Shown piece after piece: positions 1 through 7,126 of a stretch of 64,000 nucleotides of DNA (its first letter is position 1; each line of letters opens with the position of its first letter). Source of the stretch: Minisyncoccota bacterium (GTDB taxonomy: Bacteria > Patescibacteriota > Minisyncoccia > Phycocordibacterales > PALSA-1337); contig JBAZBL010000002.1 in NCBI GenBank assembly GCA_041671485.1, forward strand, positions 9,320-73,319, in the 5' to 3' direction. Position numbers and translations under genes: made by a program. The notes beneath the pieces are model-generated. The model worked only from the letters and a program-made list of their open reading frames with translations, was not told where the DNA came from and made no database searches.

Positions 1-969
1 ACTATGAATTGTAGATGATATTTTGTCTCCTCTTCGAGATTTTTCCATTTTGGTAATGTCTATTTTTTGTGTTTCAAGTATTTCACTAAATAGTTTATAT
101 GCTCTATGATACATTGCTCCTATTTGACGATATTTTGGATTGTCTGATATTTCTACTTTGAATTCTTCTGCCAATTGATTTCTGATAGGAATACTAGAAT
201 CGCATAGATAAGCAATATTTCTGAAAGCAATAAGTTGACTCATTATCTCATCTAATACTATTGACTTGATTGGATGTTTTGCAAGTACATCTCTTGCAAT
301 CTCTTTTATAGATACATTTGGATTTGATTTGATAGCATTGACTAGAGTATCAGCAAAATCAGCAACTGCTTCTCCGTCTGCACCTATAATTACTTTTGCA
401 ATCCACATATTGCGTGTTTTACCTTTATCAGGGAATTCTCCGTATTTTACTGAAGGGGAATACCCTCTGACTATACTATCTCTCAGTGTATCTCCAAGTT
501 TCTTACTAGCATCTTCTGCTTTGCTACAGAAATCAAATGCCAAACCAAATATATTTCTTCGAATATTATCTGGCCTTTCTATATTTGGATCTTCTGGTCC
601 GGCAGCAACAATAAGGTCTACTTTCCTCACAAAGTCATCATATTGAGAAGGTATTATGACTTCTGTACCTTCTCCGAACATATCTCCATTTATAATACTA
701 TGAGTAAATATTGCTTCAGTTATTTTGCCATTTTCTTGTGCCTTAAGTTCTTCCGGACTCATGCGTCTCAACTTCTCTTCGAATAACTGCTTTAGATGAG
801 CAACCTTCTCTAAATCTCTATCTATCTCTTCATTACTAAATCTAGGATCATTCCTGAAACTCTCCAATTTGATGCGCTTGGCCTCCAAGACCTTTATATA
901 ATCCTCAAAAAACTTCTTTATATCTTCGAAGCGATCGGCTCCTGATGTCTGTGGTGCATGTTCTATCAT
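1..969 (-). CDS. Hypothetical protein (3' end outside the window); CPR-type family with an SQYDDFVRKVDLIV motif, possibly PD-(D/E)XK-like
   Basis: Manual translation: ATG at 969 (MIEHAPQTSGADRF...), open without a stop to position 1; not in the ORF track because it has no stop in the window. Confidence 0.75.
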   Translation of the reverse strand, partial: MIEHAPQTSGADRFEDIKKFFEDYIKVLEAKRIKLESFRNDPRFSNEEIDRDLEKVAHLKQLFEEKLRRMSPEELKAQENGKITEAIFTHSIINGDMFGEGTEVIIPSQYDDFVRKVDLIVAAGPEDPNIERPDNIRRNIFGLAFDFCSKAEDASKKLGDTLRDSIVRGYSPSVKYGEFPDKGKTRNMWIAKVIIGADGEAVADFADTLVNAIKSNPNVSIKEIARDVLAKHPIKSIVLDEIMSQLIAFRNIAYLCDSSIPIRNQLAEEFKVEISDNPKYRQIGAMYHRAYKLFSEILETQKIDITKMEKSRRGDKISSTIHS

Positions 970-1131
970 ATATATTATAAATAATTCAATAGTTTAATAT
1001 TTTTCACTTGTCTATTTTATATCACATATTACTATTCTTCTCAATATATATTAATAACCATTTTCCACAAATTGAAAATCCCCAACCTTTCGGCCGGGGA
1101 ATGAGGATGTCTAATCACTGATTGACGTTGA

Positions 1132-1533
1132 TCAATCAGTGGTCTCAAAATCGAATGGTACAGGTTCTGCTTCAAACGTCTCACCACGGTTCAGAGATAA
1201 GTTATGAAAAACTCTCTCTCCTTTAATGGCATGCTCCTCATCACCTGTGATGGGCTGATGACATTTCTGGCAGATTGAGTCAGGTGATGGTAACAAGCCA
1301 CCCGGTAAATCTCTCTCTGGATCAAATGGTGGTGGATTGGTTTGAACTGATTCACCTTGAAGTCCTGGAATCACTTCGAGCTGTGTTGGATGCTTCATCC
1401 GCCACAGCACTACTTCTTCAATTTCCCACACTTCGGGACTAGACAATTGTCTAGTCCTAAGAACAGTCAGTTTCAAACAACAAAGCAGTTGTTCTGGTGA
1501 CACTCTGGCATATTTCAATTGTGTTTCGGTCAT
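1132..1533 (-). CDS. Hypothetical protein with a CxxC (CQKCH) zinc-finger-like motif
   Basis: 133-aa ORF, AAGGAG SD upstream, GC-rich hairpin downstream (~1078-1101). Confidence 0.65.
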   Translation of the reverse strand: MTETQLKYARVSPEQLLCCLKLTVLRTRQLSSPEVWEIEEVVLWRMKHPTQLEVIPGLQGESVQTNPPPFDPERDLPGGLLPSPDSICQKCHQPITGDEEHAIKGERVFHNLSLNRGETFEAEPVPFDFETTD

Positions 1534-1704
1534 AATATTCCTTTCTCCTTTAATAAACTAACATTTCTTGCAAGATTATAATAGGTACAATAACATTGAC
1601 AACATAATCATTGTATGCTTAAATTAAACAGAATTTCATTTGGCATTAAATGATGCTGAATAATAGTGAACATTGACAATAACCCCAAAACCCAGGAGTA
1701 ATAG

Positions 1705-2940
1705 GTGCAGATAAACTATCCCAGAGAAAGACACGGACTACCACCGGAACATGAAGTGCGAGATATCATTTTGGTCTTATGCCACGAGTGTGGTTGGAAC
1801 CATGATAATGTCAGACTTCAATACATTGGTGGTGATCGACGCAAATATTTCCCCAAACAGGGAATCAAACTTATGCGTGGTTGCCAGTTTACTGTGCAAT
1901 TATATGTAGGTTGCGACAACGAAACGGTTGAGACTCACTTCCAGCTTATAAACGGAAACGGACGAGCGCGTCCGGGTCATGAGCTTTACCAAGAAATGAT
2001 CGGAATCTTCAGCGGCCGAATGATGATCGTCACCGACGAAATGATCCGTGAATTGCGCACTGGCATCAGTGGAAACGTTGTTCGCAGTCAACAACCTGAA
2101 CAACCGACGGTTGTCGTATCTGACGACACTGTATCTGATGGTAGTGTGGACCAAAATGAAATCGTTGACGATGCTTCGTCCACAACTCCAGCACCAAAGT
2201 CATCAGAGCCATCACCGGAGCCACAAGCTCCATTAGCTGATCCGGTACATTACAAAAAGTACTTTGATGATCCCTCCAAACTGCATTTAGGTGTCTGTGC
2301 TCTCGTCGCCATGTGCGACGAAGATACACAAAAACCGTTCAGTTTCGGAGACTTCGAAAAAGTCATCGCCGAATTGGATGTCCCCACGGGTAACATATCG
2401 CCGATGGTGTTCATCAGAGTCTTCACGACAAGAGGATTTGTAATTCGGCTCAACCCGGAAAGCAAACCTTCTCGTTATGCGATCACCGCAGCCGCAGTAG
2501 ACTTTGCGCTCGGTCCGATACCGAATTCTTTGATAAAAACCAAAATGCAAATCGAAGCGGAAGCTAACCGAAAACGAACACCTTCCGCCAAACCGAAAGC
2601 AGACATCCCAAAAACAGACATCAAGCAATCATTGCTTGAACTGAGAGCCAAGGCGGATGAACACAAAGTCCTCGAGGGTAAGTTGACTGCCGTTAAAAAT
2701 CGGTTGGCCAAATTGCAGGAAGTGGACATTACTGCCGAGGAAAAAAACGCCAAGGCAGAAATCACTTCGCACCAAAAGCGAATCGATGACCTCCGTGTGT
2801 TTCTCGATGACCTCGAGAAACGGAAAGGGGAAATACAAGCTACAGAAAAGGAAAGCGAGCACCTGAACAAGGCACTTAGTGATCCTCATCTTCTGCAAGC
2901 ACTCAGTCAACTCGAAGAATTCAAGAAACTGCTGTCCTAA
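1705..2940 (+). CDS. Hypothetical protein: N-terminal domain, Pro/Ser linker, winged-helix-like segment, C-terminal coiled coil
   Basis: 411-aa ORF, AGGAG SD plus GTG start; wHTH-like FIRVFTTRGFVIRL...SRYAITAAA; heptad-rich C-terminus. Confidence 0.75.
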   Translation: MQINYPRERHGLPPEHEVRDIILVLCHECGWNHDNVRLQYIGGDRRKYFPKQGIKLMRGCQFTVQLYVGCDNETVETHFQLINGNGRARPGHELYQEMIGIFSGRMMIVTDEMIRELRTGISGNVVRSQQPEQPTVVVSDDTVSDGSVDQNEIVDDASSTTPAPKSSEPSPEPQAPLADPVHYKKYFDDPSKLHLGVCALVAMCDEDTQKPFSFGDFEKVIAELDVPTGNISPMVFIRVFTTRGFVIRLNPESKPSRYAITAAAVDFALGPIPNSLIKTKMQIEAEANRKRTPSAKPKADIPKTDIKQSLLELRAKADEHKVLEGKLTAVKNRLAKLQEVDITAEEKNAKAEITSHQKRIDDLRVFLDDLEKRKGEIQATEKESEHLNKALSDPHLLQALSQLEEFKKLLS

Positions 2941-2966
2941 GTCTTGAATTTGCTGAAAAGAATCAC

Positions 2967-2991
2967 AGGCGCACAAAAGTGCGCCTTTTTT
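2967..2991 (+). terminator. Intrinsic terminator
   Basis: AGGCGCAC-AAAA-GTGCGCCT followed by a T-run. Confidence 0.8.
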
Positions 2992-3113
2992 ATATTTTTT
3001 CAAAATAATTAAAGATTTTAAGCATAAAAAAGTAGTCTTGACATTAAATCAAATATATGTAATATATATACAAGATCTTCCACACAACAACAATTGACCA
3101 TTGACAATATGAA

Positions 3114-3782
3114 ATGAAGACCGCAAAAACAATGAAAACTAAGGATTGCATGGCGGATTTCTTTAGGCGTTTCGGTAAATCCGAAGCCCTGATTGAGTTC
3201 GCGGAGGTACAATCCGACACTGAAAGAATGTGGCGCAAACACGGCATTATGCCGACAGGAGAAGTTCTTCTTCGGGTGTGTTATTTTCTGGATCTGATCG
3301 GATACAAAGTTGAAGAGCTTATGCGGGTCCACCCTGACATATTCACGGTTGGACAATGTATAGCTTTCAACCTGATGACTCCACGTATCGTGGAGAGAGC
3401 CATCGGTACGACCGACCGAAAAGCCCTATATCGATATTTTCGAGAAGGCATCGGAGTAACCAGAGAGCGTCTGAATGAATTCAAACTCATTGCAGATTCT
3501 CGTCGGTCTCAACTGACCGAAATGGTAAAACAGAAGCGTCTCGGTTTGAAACAGTTGCTCGGTAATTCACCAAGCCACAGTAACAAACCAGACGATTCAT
3601 TGATAGGCGAATTTGCTGCAGCTTGTTCGAGCGTAAGAACACTAGGAGGGAAACTCTTGGAGGGTCCTGTTGAAAATCGAATACGGATGCGGCAAAAAAT
3701 GGTTGAAGGGCCAGAACCGGCTCTTCATCTGACTTGGGAAACACTGAACAACCTGTTAAGCGAAAAGAAAGGAATCATATGA
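3114..3782 (+). CDS. Putative DNA-binding protein with two XRE-like HTH segments
   Basis: EFAEVQSDTERMWRKHGIMPTGEVLLRV and RAIGTTDRKALYRYFREG resemble XRE HTH; TTGACA promoter at 3038; stop overlaps the next ATG (ATGA). Confidence 0.6.
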   Translation: MKTAKTMKTKDCMADFFRRFGKSEALIEFAEVQSDTERMWRKHGIMPTGEVLLRVCYFLDLIGYKVEELMRVHPDIFTVGQCIAFNLMTPRIVERAIGTTDRKALYRYFREGIGVTRERLNEFKLIADSRRSQLTEMVKQKRLGLKQLLGNSPSHSNKPDDSLIGEFAAACSSVRTLGGKLLEGPVENRIRMRQKMVEGPEPALHLTWETLNNLLSEKKGII

Positions 3783-5416
3783 ATGCAATTAATGTTGCAC
3801 TACATCAGGGTAAAGTCATGTATAGGTTGGCGAAAAACTATGCCGATCTATCAGCAGTAATCAAGGAGGTCGTGCAGAATTCTGTCGACTCTTGTGCCAA
3901 ACGAATCGCTATTCAAATAAGTGTGCCACAGCGCACCTTTACTGTGTATGACAATGGTTCGGGGGCTAGCCGTGAGAAAATCACGCAAGCCCTTCAATCC
4001 ATTGGTAATACCCTTAAGGATGTTGGCAAGTATGGGCAGTTTGGACTCGGTCTGATCTCTCCTATTTCCATTGCCCGAGAATTCACCCTGACTTCGTGTC
4101 CGGCACCACGCCGAAGCGATTTCATGGAGTATCGATTCGTAACCGCGACCATCATCAAGCAAAAGCAGGTCTCAATTCCCAGTAGTCCTGTGAGTGGTCT
4201 CGAACACGATCCCAATGGAAAAACTTGGTGGCGCACGAAAGTTAATGTGGGCGGAATCACTAAAGACCGTCGCACCTCGCATCTAGACCCCGCTGAACTG
4301 ACAAGCGATATCGCACTCAAGTTTGGCGATGCCATCAGGGAAAGGCAAATTGACATTACCATCGACATTACCAATGACGATGGACACCAGTCAATCCTCA
4401 AGGTTGAGGCCCCCCAATTCTCCGGAAGAAAGATTGATGTCTTTAAGGAGGAAATGCCCGAGAGCGGCAAGGTAAAGGTTGAGCTCTACATTGCTCCTTT
4501 GGGACGTCGCGGTCGTCAAGGAAAAGTCGTCTTTGGCACAATGAACAACCCATCGCGCCTTTCACCGAAGCAATTCGTTGATTGCACCGTGACATTGCTC
4601 GATCAGCCGGTCGCTAAAGCACTCCTCTCTGGGGTTTTTGAGGGTCAAGTGCTCTGTGAGAAGGTTGCTCTACATGCTGACCGTACCAAATTCGAGGAGA
4701 ACGACGCACTCTTTGTGCTTTGTGAAGTTCTTGGGTTCTGGCATAAGAAGGTCGGTAAGAAAATCATTATTGAGGTGGAAGAACAGGCCTCCGACGATCG
4801 ATTCCAACGAATCGGTGTACAAGTGATGCCATATGCCGAGCTCCTGCTAAAACAGGTGGAGTTCGAATCAGTGGCGAGATTGATCACAGTCGGGTCTGTT
4901 GGTCCTGAACATGTCAAAGTTTCTCGAAAACAGATCATTGGTCAGGATGATGGCACTTCAGTATCAATTGGGGGTAAACCTTTTGAAGAAAAGGAAATAT
5001 GCAAAGGAGGATCTGGCAGTGGTGGTAAAACAATCCCAAAGATAGACCATCCACTTCATAAACCAGGACTCGTCTACGGCCCTCGCGGTCGCAAACGGAC
5101 TGATGTCAGAAGCAGTTCTACAGGTCTCCGGTTTGAACACGTCGAGATGGAAGACTTCAGGGTTCCTTTCGTCTTTGAACCACGGACCGGCATGTTGTCA
5201 TTCAACATCAACAATCCCAACTGGGGATTGTGCCAAGAAAATGACACTTTCCTGTCGGACTATCACATGGCGGTAATCAATACCGCCCTGTCTGCTGAAT
5301 TGTTCAGAGATACGGGTGGAATGATTCACCCCGAAGTGACCAAGTTTGCTCACGAGAATCTGTCTCATCAGGTCTTTGCTATCAGGAACGGCAAAGCCAT
5401 CCAAGTGAAGCACTAA
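3779..5416 (+). CDS. GHKL-family (Hsp90/MutL/MORC-like) ATPase
   Basis: Motifs KEVVQNSVDS (N-box), VYDNGSG (G1), GQFGLG (G2); start re-assigned to ATG 3779 (coupled to the upstream stop). Confidence 0.85.
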   Translation: MNAINVALHQGKVMYRLAKNYADLSAVIKEVVQNSVDSCAKRIAIQISVPQRTFTVYDNGSGASREKITQALQSIGNTLKDVGKYGQFGLGLISPISIAREFTLTSCPAPRRSDFMEYRFVTATIIKQKQVSIPSSPVSGLEHDPNGKTWWRTKVNVGGITKDRRTSHLDPAELTSDIALKFGDAIRERQIDITIDITNDDGHQSILKVEAPQFSGRKIDVFKEEMPESGKVKVELYIAPLGRRGRQGKVVFGTMNNPSRLSPKQFVDCTVTLLDQPVAKALLSGVFEGQVLCEKVALHADRTKFEENDALFVLCEVLGFWHKKVGKKIIIEVEEQASDDRFQRIGVQVMPYAELLLKQVEFESVARLITVGSVGPEHVKVSRKQIIGQDDGTSVSIGGKPFEEKEICKGGSGSGGKTIPKIDHPLHKPGLVYGPRGRKRTDVRSSSTGLRFEHVEMEDFRVPFVFEPRTGMLSFNINNPNWGLCQENDTFLSDYHMAVINTALSAELFRDTGGMIHPEVTKFAHENLSHQVFAIRNGKAIQVKH

Positions 5417-5437
5417 AGAACAAATTATGTGTACACA

Positions 5438-5470
5438 TCACCACGGACATCATGTCTGTGGTGATTTTTT
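5438..5470 (+). terminator. Intrinsic terminator of the HTH-GHKL operon
   Basis: ATCACCACGGACAT/ATGTCTGTGGTGAT stem followed by a T-run. Confidence 0.8.
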
Positions 5471-5500
5471 ATTAAAATATATCTTAACTTCTATATTTCT

Positions 5501-5529
5501 TTGCTATTCATTTCGTCGCTGAGTAAAGT
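5501..5529 (+). promoter_or_regulatory. sigma70 promoter for the pentamer-repeat small RNA
   Basis: TTGCTA (5501-5506), 17 nt, TAAAGT (5524-5529). Confidence 0.6.
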
Positions 5530-5534
5530 TACCT

Positions 5535-5593
5535 AGCGTGGCGTACTGTGTGGTTTGGTGCGGAGCGATTGATCGTAAGGTCAGTCGCTTTTT
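5535..5593 (+). ncRNA. Candidate guide RNA 1 (VIPR-like): NGT-NN pentamer tract plus terminator hairpin
   Basis: AG CGT-GG CGT-AC TGT-GT GGT-TT GGT-GC GGA-GC, then hairpin AGCGATTGATC-GTAA-GGTCAGTCGCT and TTTT; no ORF; own promoter. Confidence 0.7.
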
Positions 5594-5629
5594 ATATACA
5601 CCAAAGATTTTATGATACAATTCTCGAAC

Positions 5630-6259
5630 ATGATTTATATTTTTCTTGATGAAAGTGGAGATTTGGGATTTGGTGAGCGTTCTACTCGCTGGTTTGTGAT
5701 TGCTACTATTATAACTACAAATTTCAGACCAATAGAGAAAGCTGTGACAAAGATATGGTGTTCGATGTCAAAAAAATATCAGAAACACGGAGAACTTCAC
5801 GCCAATTTTCATAATAGTTCAATACGAAGAAGATTTGTAAAAGCTATATCTAAAATAGAAAATTTAAATATAGCTTATGTGGTAGTAAATAAGCGAAATA
5901 CACCACATAACATAAAATATGAACATGAAAATCTGTATACATATGCGACCTATGTTTTATTGGAGAAGATTCAGTCACTTGGAATAATTACTCATGACAA
6001 TCAAGTGACACTTTGTGCGGATAAAAGATCCACAAATAAGATATTGAACAAGCATTTTACAGAATATATCACTAAATTGACAGAAAAGAATAGAGATGAG
6101 CCAATAAAGGTTGAGTTAATCAATTCGAGTAATAGCAAATCATTACAAGCAGTAGATTTTGTGTCATGGGCAATCTTTAGGAAATACGAAAGAAATGATC
6201 ACGAATTGTATGATTTGATAAGAGAACAGATCTGTAGTGAACAGATTTTATATCAATAA
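5630..6259 (+). CDS. DUF3800 domain protein (predicted RNase H-like fold)
   Basis: MIYIFLDESGDLG at the N-terminus and SLQAVDFVSWAIFRKYE at the C-terminus; AT-rich; probably leaderless from TACAAT at 5616. Confidence 0.85.
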   Translation: MIYIFLDESGDLGFGERSTRWFVIATIITTNFRPIEKAVTKIWCSMSKKYQKHGELHANFHNSSIRRRFVKAISKIENLNIAYVVVNKRNTPHNIKYEHENLYTYATYVLLEKIQSLGIITHDNQVTLCADKRSTNKILNKHFTEYITKLTEKNRDEPIKVELINSSNSKSLQAVDFVSWAIFRKYERNDHELYDLIREQICSEQILYQ

Positions 6260-6261
6260 TA

Positions 6262-6327
6262 AATAAGAAAGCCCCTCCACTTTAACGAAGCACCAAGTGC
6301 ATCAACATGGAAGGGTCTTACTCCTTA
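6262..6327 (-). ncRNA. DUF3800-associated small RNA, convergent with the gene
   Basis: Minus-strand promoter TTGTAT (6361-6356), 16 nt, TATTAT (6339-6334); stem CCCTTCCA...TGGAGGGG with inner GCAC-TTG-GTGC; U-rich tail; position matches the known DUF3800 RNA motifs. Confidence 0.55.
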
Positions 6328-6363
6328 ATGAGAATAATAACAAACAAAAAAATAAATACAATA

Positions 6364-6392
6364 TTGACAATACTTATTAGCTGTGATAGTGT
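6364..6392 (+). promoter_or_regulatory. sigma70 promoter of the RAMP-like gene
   Basis: TTGACA (6364), 17 nt, TAGTGT with extended TG; boxA-like GATCGTTTGACAAC at 6435-6448. Confidence 0.7.
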
Positions 6393-6457
6393 GATATTGG
6401 ATTAGCATGTTGCTAAAACCCGATCTAAATAACAGATCGTTTGACAACTTTCAACTC

Positions 6458-7072
6458 ATGAGAACATTGACTTTACGTATTCTTGGTACAACACCGTTAA
6501 TTTTACATCGCATTTCCAGGCATGAATTGCGTGAACAGATTGCCTCGGATGCCAGTAAGGGCATACTGTTCGAACAAGAAGCCTTGGAAAATATGAGCAA
6601 AGACGACGACGGTAACCCTGTCGTTCCCGTCTCTTGGCTCTGGGACGCAATCCGCAAAGGTTGCTCCAAGATAACTGTTGACGGAGGCAGTCAATTGAGC
6701 TTCGTCAGATTACAGCAAGTACTTCATCTGCCTAGTGGATCTATTCCGCTCCGCAAAAGGAATCAACATCTGGATAGGGAATGGGAGGTATACACTAGTG
6801 TCCAACATGCTTCACCGGGATCAAAGAAAATGATTACCGTGGTTGCTCCAATGTTTCGGCACTGGATGCTTGAGGGATCAGTGGCCGTTGATGGAAATCA
6901 ATACGATGATTACCTACTTCAGAGAGTTTTCAATGAAGCGGGCAAAGTCGGTATGGGTCTCTTCCATCCACCCAAGAAGCAGTTTGGGAAGTTCACGACT
7001 TTTGTTACGCCAAGCGACGTGCGCCTCTCCCAAGTCAAGTTAGGTGCCGTCCGGTCTAGTCTGGAGCGTTGA
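6458..7072 (+). CDS. Stand-alone Cas7/RAMP-like protein (Vipr-like RNA-binding effector)
   Basis: RAMP pattern: beta1 LRILGTTPLILH, DGNPVVPVSWLWDAIR, APMFRHW, C-terminal Gly-rich loop EAGKVGMGLFHPPKKQFGKF; start moved to ATG 6458 (downstream of the promoter). Confidence 0.75.
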   Translation: MRTLTLRILGTTPLILHRISRHELREQIASDASKGILFEQEALENMSKDDDGNPVVPVSWLWDAIRKGCSKITVDGGSQLSFVRLQQVLHLPSGSIPLRKRNQHLDREWEVYTSVQHASPGSKKMITVVAPMFRHWMLEGSVAVDGNQYDDYLLQRVFNEAGKVGMGLFHPPKKQFGKFTTFVTPSDVRLSQVKLGAVRSSLER

Positions 7073-7089
7073 GATGTTTTTTTGACGCT
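7003..7089 (+). ncRNA. Candidate guide RNA 2 (VIPR-like): 13 pentamer units overlapping the 3' end of the RAMP ORF, plus hairpin
   Basis: TGT-TA CGC-CA AGC-GA CGT-GC GCC-TC TCC-CA AGT-CA AGT-TA GGT-GC CGT-CC GGT-CT AGT-CT GGA-GC, then hairpin AGCGTTGAGA...TTTTGACGCT. Confidence 0.65.
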
Positions 7090-7093
7090 ATTC

Positions 7094-7126
7094 AGCGCAC
7101 GATCTTCTACAGGACTGTGCGCTTTT
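7094..7126. terminator. Hairpin/terminator between the RAMP locus and convergent thrS
   Basis: AGCGCAC...GTGCGCT followed by TTT. Confidence 0.65.

Noticed and set aside
3734-3778. Upstream start of the GHKL ORF
   Set aside because: Overlaps the previous gene; ATGA coupling and an AAAGGA SD support 3779
6407-6457. Longer N-terminus of the RAMP-like ORF (MLLKPDL...)
   Set aside because: Overlaps the leader hairpins and boxA-like motif; the RAMP beta1 starts right after ATG 6458
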